A DNA stretch of 64,000 bases, taken from Buttiauxella sp. GTDB taxonomy: Bacteria; Pseudomonadota; Gammaproteobacteria; Enterobacterales; Enterobacteriaceae. Below are positions 19,712 to 30,168 of the stretch, in pieces (within the stretch, counting starts at the first letter, position 1; the number at the start of each line of letters is the position of its first letter). Both the position numbers and the translations under genes were made by a program. The notes under the pieces are model-generated. The model was given only the letters and a program-made list of their open reading frames with translations, had not been told where the DNA came from and did no database searches. The DNA is taken from assembly GCA_032000125.1 (NCBI GenBank), contig DAMALH010000016.1, positions 2,580 through 66,579 on the forward strand. Reading direction: 5' to 3'.

Positions 19712-21054
19712 TGATGAATACTCAAGCAAGTCCAATCGTCACGGATATGAAGGTCATCCCGGTCGCCGGTCATGACAGCATGTTGCTCAATATCGGCGGA
19801 GCGCACGGCGCCTTTTTCACCCGCAACATTGTGGTGCTTACCGATAGCGCCGGGAACACCGGCGTGGGCGAAGCGCCCGGCGGGGAAGTCATTTACCAGA
19901 CGCTGGTGGAAGCTACCGGGCAGGTCGTCGGGCAGGAAGTTGCGCGCATGAATCGCGTGGTGCAGAACGTCCACAAAGGCAATCAGTCAGCCGATTTTGA
20001 TACTTTTGGTAACGGCGCCTGGACCTTTGAACTGCGCGTTAACGCGGTGGCGGCGCTGGAAGCGGCGCTGCTGGATTTACTGGGCAAAGCGCTGAACGTG
20101 CCGGTTTGCGAGCTTCTTGGCCCAGGCAAGCAGCGCGATGAGGTTACCGTGCTGGGCTACCTGTTCTATATCGGCGATCGCAACAAAACCGATCTGCCTT
20201 ATCTGGACGGCAAGCATGCCAGCCACGTCTGGTATGAGCTGCGCCATCAGGAAGCGCTGACCAGCGAGTCGATAGTGCGCCTGGCGCAGGCCGCGCAGGA
20301 CCGCTACGGTTTTAAAGATTTCAAGCTTAAAGGCGGCGTGCTGCCGGGCGAGCAGGAGCTGGACGCCGCCCGTGAGCTAAAAAAACGCTTCCCGGATGCG
20401 CGTATTACCGTGGACCCTAACGGGGCGTGGCGGCTTGATGAAGCCATTGAATTATGCAAAGGCATGGGGGATGTGCTGACCTATGCTGAAGATCCTTGCG
20501 GCGCCGAGCAGGGCTATTCCGGGCGTGAGGTGATGGCGGAGTTCCGTCGCGCGACCGGCCTGCCTGTCGCCACTAATATGATAGCCACCAACTGGCGTGA
20601 AATGAACCATGCTGTAATGGTCAACGCGGTAGACATTCCCCTTGCCGATCCGCATTTCTGGACGCTGAGCGGCGCCGTGCGCGTAGCGCAGCTGTGCGAT
20701 GACTGGGGGTTAACCTGGGGCTGCCATTCGAACAACCATTTCGATATTTCGCTGGCGATGTTTACCCATGTGGGGGCGGCGGCGCCGGGCAAGCCGACCG
20801 CTATCGACACGCACTGGATCTGGCAGGAGGGCGATCAGCGCCTGACCACCTCCCCGCTGCAAATCGTCAATGGCAAAATCGCCGTGCCTGATGCGCCAGG
20901 CCTTGGCGTGGAGCTGGACTGGGAGCAGGTGCGAAAAGCGCACGAAATCTACAAGGCGCTGCCGGGCGGGTCGCGTAACGATGCCGCCGCCATGCAGTAC
21001 CTGGTGCCCGGCTGGCAATTCGATCGTAAGCGTCCGGCTTTTGGCCGCGGATAG
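19711..21054 (+). CDS. gudX: Glucarate dehydratase-related protein GudX (enolase superfamily)
   Basis: ORF track, 447 aa. It is a clear paralogue of the next ORF (shared ...[28 protein letters not shown]...). Confidence 0.85.
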   Translation: MMNTQASPIVTDMKVIPVAGHDSMLLNIGGAHGAFFTRNIVVLTDSAGNTGVGEAPGGEVIYQTLVEATGQVVGQEVARMNRVVQNVHKGNQSADFDTFGNGAWTFELRVNAVAALEAALLDLLGKALNVPVCELLGPGKQRDEVTVLGYLFYIGDRNKTDLPYLDGKHASHVWYELRHQEALTSESIVRLAQAAQDRYGFKDFKLKGGVLPGEQELDAARELKKRFPDARITVDPNGAWRLDEAIELCKGMGDVLTYAEDPCGAEQGYSGREVMAEFRRATGLPVATNMIATNWREMNHAVMVNAVDIPLADPHFWTLSGAVRVAQLCDDWGLTWGCHSNNHFDISLAMFTHVGAAAPGKPTAIDTHWIWQEGDQRLTTSPLQIVNGKIAVPDAPGLGVELDWEQVRKAHEIYKALPGGSRNDAAAMQYLVPGWQFDRKRPAFGRG

Positions 21055-21080
21055 ATATTCTTGCTGACAAGGAACGAATA

Positions 21081-22421
21081 ATGAGTACATCAACTTCGAC
21101 GCCGGCAGTGGCTTCCATGCAGGTGGTTCCCGTCGCCGGGCATGACAGCATGCTGATGAACCTGAGCGGTGCGCATGCGCCGTTCTTCACCCGTAATATT
21201 GTGATAATTAAAGATAACGCCGGGAATACGGGCGTGGGGGAAATTCCGGGCGGCGAAAAAATCCGCCAGACGCTGGAGGACGCAGCGGTGCTGGTGGTGG
21301 GTAAAACGCTTGGCGAATACAAAAATATTCTCACCGACGTGCGTCAGAAATTCGCGGATCGCGATGCCGGCGGCCGCGGCATGCAGACGTTTGATTTGCG
21401 CACCACGATTCATGTCGTTACCGGGATTGAAGCGGCGATGCTTGACCTGCTGGGGCAGCATCTCGGCGTGAACGTCGCGAGCCTGCTGGGCGACGGACAG
21501 CAGCGTAGCGAAGTGGAAATGCTGGGCTATCTGTTCTTTGTGGGCAACCGCCAGCTCACTCCGCTGCCTTATCAAAGCCAGCCGGATGAAAAGTGCGACT
21601 GGTATCGTCTGCGCCATGAAGAGGCGATGACGCCGGACACCGTGGTGCGCCTGGCGGAGGCCGCTTACGAAAAATACGGCTTTAACGATTTCAAACTTAA
21701 AGGCGGCGTGCTGGCCGGAAGCGAGGAGGCCGAGGCGGTCACCGCGCTGGCAAAACGTTTTCCACAGGCGCGCGTAACCCTCGATCCGAACGGCGCGTGG
21801 TCGCTCAACGAAGCCATAGCCTTGGGTAAACAGCTACGCGGCGTGCTGGCGTATGCCGAAGATCCATGCGGCGCCGAACAAGGCTACTCCGGGCGTGAGG
21901 TAATGGCGGAATTCCGCCGCGCAACGGGCCTGCCGACGGCAACCAATATGATAGCCACCGACTGGCGTCAGATGGGCCATACGCTTTCGCTGCAATCCGT
22001 GGATATTCCGCTTGCGGATCCACATTTCTGGACCATGCAGGGCTCGGTGCGCGTAGCGCAAATGTGCCATGACTTTGGCCTGACCTGGGGTTCGCATTCC
22101 AACAACCACTTTGATATCTCGCTTGCGATGTTCACCCACGTGGCGGCAGCCGCGCCGGGTAAAATCACCGCCATTGATACCCACTGGATCTGGCAGGAAG
22201 GCAATCAGCGCCTGACTAAACAGCCGTTTGAAATTAAAGGCGGCATGGTGCAGGTGCCGACGACGCCGGGCCTGGGCGTTGAGCTGGATATGGACGAACT
22301 GATGAAGGCCCATGAGCTGTATCAAAAACACGGGCTTGGCGCACGTGATGACGCTATGGCAATGCAGTATCTTATCCCTGAATGGACTTTTGATAACAAA
22401 CGCCCTTGCATGGTGCGTTAA
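21081..22421 (+). CDS. gudD: D-glucarate dehydratase GudD
   Basis: ORF track, 446 aa. It has enolase-superfamily motifs and the third position in the gud operon. Confidence 0.9.
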   Translation: MSTSTSTPAVASMQVVPVAGHDSMLMNLSGAHAPFFTRNIVIIKDNAGNTGVGEIPGGEKIRQTLEDAAVLVVGKTLGEYKNILTDVRQKFADRDAGGRGMQTFDLRTTIHVVTGIEAAMLDLLGQHLGVNVASLLGDGQQRSEVEMLGYLFFVGNRQLTPLPYQSQPDEKCDWYRLRHEEAMTPDTVVRLAEAAYEKYGFNDFKLKGGVLAGSEEAEAVTALAKRFPQARVTLDPNGAWSLNEAIALGKQLRGVLAYAEDPCGAEQGYSGREVMAEFRRATGLPTATNMIATDWRQMGHTLSLQSVDIPLADPHFWTMQGSVRVAQMCHDFGLTWGSHSNNHFDISLAMFTHVAAAAPGKITAIDTHWIWQEGNQRLTKQPFEIKGGMVQVPTTPGLGVELDMDELMKAHELYQKHGLGARDDAMAMQYLIPEWTFDNKRPCMVR

Positions 22422-22484
22422 GCGGCCACCGGCGCCCGCGGGCGCCGGACAGAATGACAACTTCCACATCGCGACGGACGGCAT

Positions 22485-23627
22485 ATGAAAATTGTAATCG
22501 CACCAGACTCCTGGAAAGAGAGCCTCAGCGCTCTGGAGGTAGCGACACAGATAGAGGCGGGCTTCAGGGAGATATTCCCCAACGCCTGCTATGTGAAGCT
22601 GCCGGTTGCAGACGGAGGCGAAGGAACCGTGGAAGCGATGGTCGCCGCAACGCAGGGCAGCATTGTCAAAATTGGGGTAACGGGGCCGCTTGGCAAACCC
22701 GTGGCCGCTTTTTATGGGCTCTCCGGCGACGGCGAGTGCGCCTTTATCGAAATGGCCGCGGCCAGCGGGCTGGAACAGGTTCCGCTGGCAGAGCGGAACC
22801 CGCTTCTTACCACGTCCTGGGGGACGGGCGAACTCATTAGCCATGCGCTGGATCGCGGCGTGAAGCACATTATTATCGGCATTGGTGGCAGCGCAACTAA
22901 CGATGGCGGCATCGGCATGGCGCAGGCGCTCGGCGCAAGGGTGCTAAACGAGCAGGGCGAGCCGCTAGGGTACGGCGGCGGCGAGCTTGAGAAAATGGCC
23001 CGTATTGATATCAGCGGGCTGGATAAACGCCTGCGGGATTGCCGTATCGAGGTGGCCTGCGACGTGACAAATCCTTTAACCGGCGACAAGGGCGCTTCGG
23101 CAATTTTTGGCCCGCAGAAGGGAGCATCCCCGGAAATGGTGCAGCGGCTGGACGCGGCGCTTGGCCACTATGCAAAAATCATCGCCCGCGATCTGGATAT
23201 CGACGTGCTGACGCTGGCAGGCGGCGGAGCCGCCGGGGGCATGGGGGCCGCGCTGTACGCCTTTTGCGGCGCCGAACTGCGGCAGGGTATCAATATTGTT
23301 ACCGAGGCGCTTCACCTGGATGAGCTGGTGCGTGACGCGGACCTGGTTATCACCGGCGAAGGCCGCATCGACAGCCAGAGCATTCACGGCAAGGTGCCGG
23401 TGGGCGTAGCAAAAGTGGCAAAACGCTACAATAAGCCGGTTATCGGCATTGCGGGCAGCCTGACTGAAGATGTGGGCGTGGTGCACGAACACGGGCTGGA
23501 TGCCGTATTCAGCGTGTTATATACCATTTGCACGCTTGACGAGGCGCTGGAAAACGCCGGGGAAAACCTTTGCAGGGCGGCCAGAAATATTGCCGCAACG
23601 CTTGCGGTGGGACGTTCGCTGCCTTAA
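22485..23627 (+). CDS. garK: Glycerate 2-kinase (GarK/GlxK family)
   Basis: ORF track, 380 aa. MKIVIAPDSWKESLSALEVA...GIGGSATNDGG...GEGRIDSQSIHGKVPVGVA matches the E. coli GarK family. The symbol is tentative and based on its glucarate-pathway context. Confidence 0.8.
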   Translation: MKIVIAPDSWKESLSALEVATQIEAGFREIFPNACYVKLPVADGGEGTVEAMVAATQGSIVKIGVTGPLGKPVAAFYGLSGDGECAFIEMAAASGLEQVPLAERNPLLTTSWGTGELISHALDRGVKHIIIGIGGSATNDGGIGMAQALGARVLNEQGEPLGYGGGELEKMARIDISGLDKRLRDCRIEVACDVTNPLTGDKGASAIFGPQKGASPEMVQRLDAALGHYAKIIARDLDIDVLTLAGGGAAGGMGAALYAFCGAELRQGINIVTEALHLDELVRDADLVITGEGRIDSQSIHGKVPVGVAKVAKRYNKPVIGIAGSLTEDVGVVHEHGLDAVFSVLYTICTLDEALENAGENLCRAARNIAATLAVGRSLP

Positions 23628-23681
23628 ATCATCAGCAGAAGCTCCCGGATGATAAGCCTATCAGGCGGGAGTTTAGCGTCA

Positions 23682-24023
23682 TCAGGCGACTTTTCTGGTA
23701 TTGCTTTTGCGATAGGCCGAGGGCGAAATATGGTACTTTTTACCGAATATACGCGTAAAAGACTGCTGGGAGTCAAAACCGTAGCGTTCTGAGATATCAA
23801 CGATTCTGTCATCGGTGTTCACCAGATCGTCGGCGGCCAGCATCAGCTTTCTGTCCCGGATCCAGGTCCCCATGCTTTTTCCCGTCGTGCCGGTGAACAA
23901 TCGCTGCAGATACCACTTTGAATAGCCGGAATGCTTTGCCACATCCTCAATTCGGAGCGGCTTATCCATATTGTCTTCAATCCACTCAATCAGCGATTCC
24001 ATGAAGCGCGCAGGCATGGACAT
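23682..24023 (-). CDS. ramA: Small AraC/XylS-family activator of the MarA/SoxS/RamA group (113 aa); likely RamA
   Basis: ORF track, 113 aa, with two HTH units (IEDVAKHSGYSKWYLQRLF; ERYGFDSQQSFTRIF). It lies 31 bp downstream of the romA-like gene with an AAGGAGGA Shine-Dalgarno. The locus architecture is ramR / romA-ramA. Confidence 0.7.
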   Translation of the reverse strand: MSMPARFMESLIEWIEDNMDKPLRIEDVAKHSGYSKWYLQRLFTGTTGKSMGTWIRDRKLMLAADDLVNTDDRIVDISERYGFDSQQSFTRIFGKKYHISPSAYRKSNTRKVA

Positions 24024-24054
24024 AAATCCTCCTTTTTTATGAAGGTGTCGATGG

Positions 24055-25212
24055 TTAATCGGCTTTTGCTTCCCACCAGGGAAGGAAGCGTTGTTCCGGA
24101 TCGTTCATTTTCACCACTTCTCCCATTTCTGGCGTCAGCAGCCTGTAAAGTTTGGCTTTGCTTGCCGCCGCGATCCTTTTCCAGGGCTCATACCAGGGGT
24201 GATTCGACATCGAAAAACGCCCGGCGTGCCCCGGTAGCATCACTTTTGCGTGCAAATCAGCGGCGGCAGCGGCGGTTTCTTCCGGCAGCATGTGGATATT
24301 TTGCCATGCCGGGTTGTACTGGCCGTTTTCCAGAATAGCGAAATCGACCGGGCCAAACTGCGCGCCAATATTTTTAAAGTGCGGGCCGTAGCCGCTGTCG
24401 CCGCTGTAGAAGATCTTACGGCGAGGCGTGACAAACATAAAACTTGCCCACAGCGTTTTGTTAGCGGTCAGGCCGCGTCCGGAGAAGTGCCGTGCTGGCA
24501 GAACATGGATAGTCAGAGTGTCCGCCGCAGCCATATTTTCGTGCCAGTCCAGCTCGTGAATAATTGCCGGTGCAAAGCCCCAGGCTTCCAGATGCGATCC
24601 CACGCCGAGCGCCGTCACTATCTGCTTCACTTTGGGTTTGAGCGCCGTAAGCGTCGGGTAATCCAGATGATCCCAGTGATCGTGGGAGATAATCAGATAA
24701 TCGATCTCTGGCATATCCGCCGCTTGCCACGGGTAGTCGCCACTAAACGCCTTATTCATAAAGGAGAAGGGCGCGGCATAGCTACTGAATACCGGATCGA
24801 TGAGAATTTTATGGCCGTCGAGCTGTATGAACCACGAAGAGTGGCCGAGCCAGATAACCACATCCTCATCGCTTTTCAACGACGTTAAATCGGTCTTAAC
24901 CACCGGCAGCGCGCGTTCCGGTTTGGTATCGCTATGTTTTACGAACAGAAAGTCCCATAACACGGATGAAAAGCTTTTGCCGTTGGTGTACATCGGCGTC
25001 GCCGTTTCGTTATGAAACTTACCGTCACGCCAGTTTGGCGAAGCCTGAATCCTTGCAAGACGCTCTCCGTCCGGCAATTTACCAAATTCAATCATGGAGA
25101 AGAGACTGACAAAACCAGCAACACTGCCTGCTAACATGATGACCACCAGAATGAGCGTTTTAACATAGAGGCGACGGGGCTTGTGCGACGTCATAGAAAA
25201 CGAACTTGTCAT
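24055..25212 (-). CDS. romA: Metallo-beta-lactamase-fold hydrolase (RomA-like); start codon uncertain (25227 GTG, 25212 ATG or 25194 ATG)
   Basis: ORF track 24055..25227. It has the HxHxDH zinc motif (ISHDHWDHLD), an N-terminal membrane anchor, and sits upstream of the ramA-like gene. Confidence 0.7.
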   Translation of the reverse strand: MTSSFSMTSHKPRRLYVKTLILVVIMLAGSVAGFVSLFSMIEFGKLPDGERLARIQASPNWRDGKFHNETATPMYTNGKSFSSVLWDFLFVKHSDTKPERALPVVKTDLTSLKSDEDVVIWLGHSSWFIQLDGHKILIDPVFSSYAAPFSFMNKAFSGDYPWQAADMPEIDYLIISHDHWDHLDYPTLTALKPKVKQIVTALGVGSHLEAWGFAPAIIHELDWHENMAAADTLTIHVLPARHFSGRGLTANKTLWASFMFVTPRRKIFYSGDSGYGPHFKNIGAQFGPVDFAILENGQYNPAWQNIHMLPEETAAAAADLHAKVMLPGHAGRFSMSNHPWYEPWKRIAAASKAKLYRLLTPEMGEVVKMNDPEQRFLPWWEAKAD

Positions 25213-25235
25213 TGAGTGAGTGAACACTCATTATA
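25208..25235 (-). promoter_or_regulatory. RamR operator overlapping a TATAAT -10 element of the romA-ramA promoter
   Basis: The minus strand reads TATAATGAGTGTTCACTCACTCAATGAC, with a TGAGTG-N6-CACTCA inverted repeat. This is nearly the same as the Salmonella RamR operator as I recall it (TATAATGAGTGCTTACTCACTCATAATC). Confidence 0.65.
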
Positions 25236-25376
25236 GAAAGCGATGGCTCGCCGTCAATCACATTTTTGTCAGCCCGCTGCCGGTAAAATGGCGCGCCGCA
25301 GGCCGCCGGTAAGGTTGCTCTGGCGCGGGCTAACATGGTTTAATTTTGGGGAAAATCGCAAACGCTGTGAGGAAAT

Positions 25377-25949
25377 GTGGCTCGTCCAAAAAGTGAAGAT
25401 AAACGATTAGCGCTGCTCGAAGCGGCAAAAGAAGCGGTGGCTGAGTCAGGGCTGGGCGCGGCAACGTCGCTTATAGCCAAAAAAGCCGGCGTTGCTGAGG
25501 GAACGCTATTTCGCTATTTCGCCACCAAAGATGAGCTGCTTAATGCGCTTTATCTGCACCTTAAGACGGGGCTTGGCAAAATGATGATGGAGAATTATCA
25601 GCCCGGCTCCTCGGTTAAAGAGCGCGTTCGCGCCGTGTGGAGCGGCTTTATTGACTGGGGCGTGATTTCTCCCACGGGGAGTAAAGCGATGCGCCAGCTT
25701 GCGGTTTCCGACAAAATCACCGAAGAAACGCGGCAGAAGGTCGTACAGCTTTACCCTGAACTGCATGAGCTGTCCGAAGCCTGCGTAACGAGTGAGATAT
25801 TCTCCTGCGGGCAATCCGCTTTCGCCGACGCGATATTCTTCTCGCTGGCCGAAACCACCATGGAGTTCGCCCTGCGTGAACCTCCTGAGGCCGCAAACTA
25901 CAAAAGGGCGGGCTTTGAGGTGATGTGGCGGGCGATGACTAAAGAATAG
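25377..25949 (+). CDS. ramR: TetR-family repressor RamR
   Basis: ORF track, 190 aa, GTG start. MARPKSEDKRLALLEAA...AGVAEGTLFRYFATKDELLNALYLHLK...RQLAVSDKITEET...LAETTMEFA...GFEVMWRAMTKE closely parallels Salmonella RamR as recalled. The gene is divergent from romA-ramA. Confidence 0.85.
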   Translation: MARPKSEDKRLALLEAAKEAVAESGLGAATSLIAKKAGVAEGTLFRYFATKDELLNALYLHLKTGLGKMMMENYQPGSSVKERVRAVWSGFIDWGVISPTGSKAMRQLAVSDKITEETRQKVVQLYPELHELSEACVTSEIFSCGQSAFADAIFFSLAETTMEFALREPPEAANYKRAGFEVMWRAMTKE

Positions 25950-25981
25950 GTCGCCCGCGTCATGGCTGGATGAAACTGCTT

Positions 25982-28747
25982 TTATCCGCCCTTGCTTAAC
26001 ATCTGCTGCGCGGCTGCGGAAACGTTAGCCATCTCATCAAGCAGCTCAAGCAGTTCGGGTTCCAGTTCCTGCGGCGGAACACCGCTGCGCATTTCATGTT
26101 CAAGCCGCTGACAGAGGTTTTTCAGCCGCGGTACGCCGCTGTAGCTGCAGCTACCGTGCAGCTTATGGATGATATCCGCCAGCCCTGGCGGCTCTTCGCC
26201 CACTAGCTGTTCTTCGACGGTATTGCGTACCTCTGGCAGGAAGGCCAGCAGCATTTGCAGCATATCCCGCGCCAGATCGGGCTTGTTCGCGGCCTGGTGC
26301 AGAGCCAGCGCCCAGTCGAGCGTCCGATCATTATTGAGCGTCGGCGATACGGCATCGGGCGGTGTCGGCAGGGCGACCGCGATACCGCCAGGCTGATAGC
26401 GTACCAGCAGGTTATGCAGCTTCTGCTCTTCAATCGGCTTGGCGAGATAGTCGTTCATCCCGGCGCTCAGCAGCTTCTCTTTTTGTCCCGCCATGGCGTG
26501 CGCCGTTACGGCAACGATGGGCGTTTGCTGGTGATGGGGGAGCTGGCGAATCAGCTCGCAGGCGCGGATTCCGTCCATGTCCGGCATCTGGATATCCATT
26601 AAAATAATATCTATCTGCATCTGTTTGGCGCGGTCGATAGCCTGCAGGCCGCTCTCACACAGCACGACGTTCTGGACATGATCTTCAAGCAGCGCGCCAA
26701 TCAGCTTGAGGTTGGCCGGGTTATCGTCCACGGCCATTACCGTCATCGGGAATTTGCCGCGGCTTACGCCTTCTGAAAGCTCGGGTGCCCGGCTAAACGA
26801 TCGGTTTGCCAGCATCGGCAGCAGGCGCGTTGAGGTTATCGGTTTGAGCAGGCAGGCGGTTACCCCCTGTTTTTTAATCGATTCCGCGCTGACATAGGCA
26901 TGACACGGCAGCGCCAGAATCAGGCAGTCCGTCATGGCGGTCGCCCGCGCAAGCTTTGGATTTTCCATGTTCAGCGCATCGGTATCGTTCACCGGAATGC
27001 CGATAAGCAGAATGTCGTAATGCTCGTCGGGCAGCATGGTGAATGACGGGCTATAAACGACGGTTAACGGGGTGCCGGCCAGTAAATTCAGGGTACTTTG
27101 GGCCGCCGAGGCGTTCTGTTCAACGTAGGCGATACGCTTTCCAGCCAGGTTTTCGTTGGCATACCCGTCCAGCGCGGCATTCGGGTTTAAATCGAGATTG
27201 ACGTGGAACCAGAAAGTAGAGCCGCGGTTAGGCTGGCTGTGGAAGGAGATATCGCCTCCCATCTCGTTAACCAGTTTTTGCGTGATAACGAGGCCGAGGC
27301 CGGTTCCGCCGTGGCGGCGTGAAATGCTGGCATCTGCCTGGCGAAACGCCTGGAACAGACGGGACTGTTCGCGCGCCGGAATGCCGATGCCGGTGTCGTG
27401 GATCTGCATTTCGATCTGAACTTTGTTATTGCCCTGTGAGCGTTTCTCAACCAGCAGATCGATATTGCCGCTTTCGGTAAATTTAATCGCGTTGCCGACA
27501 AGGTTTGTGATCACCTGCTGCAGGCGCAGCGGATCGCCAATCACGTTGTCCGGCACGTCGTTTTTGATATTCAGCGTCAGCTCCAGGCCTTTGTCGTGAG
27601 CCGAATGGGCCAGCAAAATCACCACTTCATCAAGCGTGCTGCGCAGCGGGAAGGGGATGCTCTCAAGGATAAGCTTGCCCGCTTCGAGCTTCGAGAAGTC
27701 CAGCACGTCGTTGATGATGGCCAGCAAATTGTTCGCCGAGCGCTCGATGGTATGCAGATGGTCGCGCTGGGTCTGGTTGAGGTCGGTTTTCAAGGTCAGA
27801 CGCGTGAAGCCGATGACGCCGTTGAGCGGGGTGCGTAGCTCGTGGGACATATTGGCCAGAAACTCAGATTTGATGCGCGCGGCTTCCTGGGCGCGCTTCT
27901 TCGCTAAATCCAGCTCGACGTTCTGGATTTCCATCTGTTCGAGCGTTTCACGCAGGTCAGACGTCGCCTGGTCGATGTTATGCTGCATCTCTTCATGATA
28001 GGCGGTGAGCGACATTGCCATCGAGTTGATGCCGTTTTTAAGCATGGCCAGCTCGCCCAGCATAAAACCTTCGACGCGGCTATCAAGCTGCCCGCGGCGG
28101 ATACGGTCAACGGTGTTCACCATATTGCGAATCGGGCCGGTGACATCGCGCATCAGCCGGTAAGCGAACAGCACCGCAATGCCTATGCAGAACAGCATCA
28201 TCATCGTGGAGATAAAAATTTCCCGATACTGCTGCAGGCGCACGGATTTAAGATCCAGCTCCACGGCGACATAGCCGAGCGTATTTCCCGCAGGCTTAGC
28301 ATCGGTGACCGCCGACTCATCCGGGGAATAGCTTTCGGAAATGATGGGCGTGCGCAGGATAATGACGTCGCCTTCGCGGGCAACGCTTAAGCTTTTCGGC
28401 GGCTTTTGTCCATCCGGCAAGCGCAGCGCCGAAGGGCTAAGCTGGAAATTCGACGTAACAAACAGCTTATTTTTTTCATCAAAGACGGAGATGGCCCGCA
28501 CGATATCCGAGTGGCGACGGTGCAGGACGCTAACAAGCTGACGGATAGACTCGCGGCTGTGAAAGCTCATGCCATATTCGCTGGCCACCGCAAGCGGCTC
28601 AATGATGCTGGCCCCGGCATCCTCCAGTTGATGCTGTAAGTCGTTGTAACGATGGACAACGAAAAAAGTGCTGAGCAGCAAACCGATCATTAGCGTCGGA
28701 GCCAGAATCAGGATCATCATGCGTGCCCGCAGGCTGTAGTTGGTCAT
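25982..28747 (-). CDS. barA: Tripartite sensor kinase BarA (partner of UvrY)
   Basis: ORF track 25982..28804. I prefer the ATG at 28747 ([38 protein letters not shown]). The H-box [10 protein letters not shown], receiver domain and HPt domain are all present. Confidence 0.95.
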   Translation of the reverse strand: MTNYSLRARMMILILAPTLMIGLLLSTFFVVHRYNDLQHQLEDAGASIIEPLAVASEYGMSFHSRESIRQLVSVLHRRHSDIVRAISVFDEKNKLFVTSNFQLSPSALRLPDGQKPPKSLSVAREGDVIILRTPIISESYSPDESAVTDAKPAGNTLGYVAVELDLKSVRLQQYREIFISTMMMLFCIGIAVLFAYRLMRDVTGPIRNMVNTVDRIRRGQLDSRVEGFMLGELAMLKNGINSMAMSLTAYHEEMQHNIDQATSDLRETLEQMEIQNVELDLAKKRAQEAARIKSEFLANMSHELRTPLNGVIGFTRLTLKTDLNQTQRDHLHTIERSANNLLAIINDVLDFSKLEAGKLILESIPFPLRSTLDEVVILLAHSAHDKGLELTLNIKNDVPDNVIGDPLRLQQVITNLVGNAIKFTESGNIDLLVEKRSQGNNKVQIEMQIHDTGIGIPAREQSRLFQAFRQADASISRRHGGTGLGLVITQKLVNEMGGDISFHSQPNRGSTFWFHVNLDLNPNAALDGYANENLAGKRIAYVEQNASAAQSTLNLLAGTPLTVVYSPSFTMLPDEHYDILLIGIPVNDTDALNMENPKLARATAMTDCLILALPCHAYVSAESIKKQGVTACLLKPITSTRLLPMLANRSFSRAPELSEGVSRGKFPMTVMAVDDNPANLKLIGALLEDHVQNVVLCESGLQAIDRAKQMQIDIILMDIQMPDMDGIRACELIRQLPHHQQTPIVAVTAHAMAGQKEKLLSAGMNDYLAKPIEEQKLHNLLVRYQPGGIAVALPTPPDAVSPTLNNDRTLDWALALHQAANKPDLARDMLQMLLAFLPEVRNTVEEQLVGEEPPGLADIIHKLHGSCSYSGVPRLKNLCQRLEHEMRSGVPPQELEPELLELLDEMANVSAAAQQMLSKGG

Positions 28748-28806
28748 GGGGTTCCGATATGGGACAATTAAGGCAACAGTTAATATTTGAGAGCTCATCT
28801 CCACTT

Positions 28807-30120
28807 ATGGCGCAATTCTACTCTGCAAAGCGGCGGGTTACGACTCGTCAGATCATAACCGTGACAGTTAACGACCTGGACCCGTTTGGCCAGGGCGTAG
28901 CGCGTCATAACGGAAAAGCGCTATTTATCGCGGGCGCGCTGCCCGGCGAGCAGGCCGAAGTCGCTATCACGGAGGATAAACGCAGCTTTGCGCAGGCCGT
29001 GGTGAAGCGGCGTCTGAACGATAGCCCGGAGCGCGTGGTTCCTCGCTGCAGGCACTTTGGCGTCTGCGGCGGCTGCCAGCAGCAGCATGCAAGCGTTGCG
29101 CTGCAGCAGCAGGCGAAATCCCACGCGCTGGCGCGCATGATGGGAACGCGGGGCGCACCGCGGGAGGTCGATGAAATCATTGCCGACAAGCCCTGGGGCT
29201 ATCGCCGCCGGGCCCGGTTAAGCCTGAATTTCCACCTGAAATCACAGAGTTTACAGATGGGTTTTCGCAAAGCGAACGACAAAGAGCTGGTAAATATTCA
29301 TCAGTGCCCCGTTTTAGCGCCCCAGCTTGAGGCATTGCTGGAACCTTTGCGCCAGTGTTTGTCTGAATTAAAAGCCGTCCGTCGTTTAGGACACGTGGAG
29401 CTGGTGCTTGCGGACGGCGGTCCGCTGATGGTGCTGCGTCATCTCAGTCCGCTTGAAAATAGCGATCGGCAAAAACTGGAACAGTTTTCGCAAATGACCG
29501 GGGTGGCGCTGTTTCTTGCGCCTGACAGTGAAACGCTGGAAGCGCCCGGCGATGAAGCCCCCTGGTATCATTCAGACGGGCTACGCTTAAGCTTTAGCCC
29601 GCGTGATTTCATCCAGGTGAATGACGCGGTAAATCAGCAAATGGTCGCCCGTGCTATCGACTGGCTCGATGTTCAGCCAACAGACCGGGTATTAGATCTG
29701 TTTTGCGGCATGGGCAACTTCACGTTGCCGCTGGCAAAGCGCGCGGCGAGCGTGGTTGGCGTTGAAGGCGTTGCTGCGCTGGTGGCGAAAGGTGAATATA
29801 ATGCCCGACATAATTCGCTAAAAAATGTCACCTTCTTTCATGAGAACCTGGAGGAAGATGTAACGCGTCATCCCTGGGCTGCGTTAGGGTTTGATAAAAT
29901 ATTACTCGATCCGGCACGGGCTGGCGCGCCCGGCGTGATGCAGCACGTTATTAAACTTGCGCCGCGGCGGGTGGTTTATGTTTCCTGTAACCCCACCACG
30001 CTTGCGCGCGACAGCGAAGCGTTACTAAGCGCGGGTTACCAACTTTGGCGGCTGGCAATGCTCGATATGTTTCCCCATACCGGGCACCTGGAGTCAATGG
30101 CGCTCTTTGAGCGTAGTTAA
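28807..30120 (+). CDS. rlmD: 23S rRNA m5U1939 methyltransferase RlmD (RumA)
   Basis: ORF track 28723..30120. I prefer the ATG at 28807 ([25 protein letters not shown]...). It has the 4Fe-4S cysteines [14 protein letters not shown]. Confidence 0.95.
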   Translation: MAQFYSAKRRVTTRQIITVTVNDLDPFGQGVARHNGKALFIAGALPGEQAEVAITEDKRSFAQAVVKRRLNDSPERVVPRCRHFGVCGGCQQQHASVALQQQAKSHALARMMGTRGAPREVDEIIADKPWGYRRRARLSLNFHLKSQSLQMGFRKANDKELVNIHQCPVLAPQLEALLEPLRQCLSELKAVRRLGHVELVLADGGPLMVLRHLSPLENSDRQKLEQFSQMTGVALFLAPDSETLEAPGDEAPWYHSDGLRLSFSPRDFIQVNDAVNQQMVARAIDWLDVQPTDRVLDLFCGMGNFTLPLAKRAASVVGVEGVAALVAKGEYNARHNSLKNVTFFHENLEEDVTRHPWAALGFDKILLDPARAGAPGVMQHVIKLAPRRVVYVSCNPTTLARDSEALLSAGYQLWRLAMLDMFPHTGHLESMALFERS

Positions 30121-30168
30121 GCGGTTAATCAGGAGCGGCCTGATGCGAGTATCCGACAGGAGAGGACA

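Noticed and set aside
21834-22868. A 344-aa ORF antisense to gudD and the glycerate kinase gene
   Set aside because: It spans an intergenic gap and two real genes on the other strand. It is an arginine-rich reverse-frame artefact.
28723-28806. N-terminal extensions proposed by the ORF track for rlmD, barA (to 28804), eno (35147), cysH (55589), queD (51951), yqcE (43666), ygcW (43803), ftsB (61290), sdaC (12407), csdA (1627), yqcC (16381), and the PTS gene (37498)
   Set aside because: In each case an internal ATG has a good Shine-Dalgarno and reproduces the N-terminus of the known orthologue. Several of the extensions run through terminators, promoters or the upstream gene.
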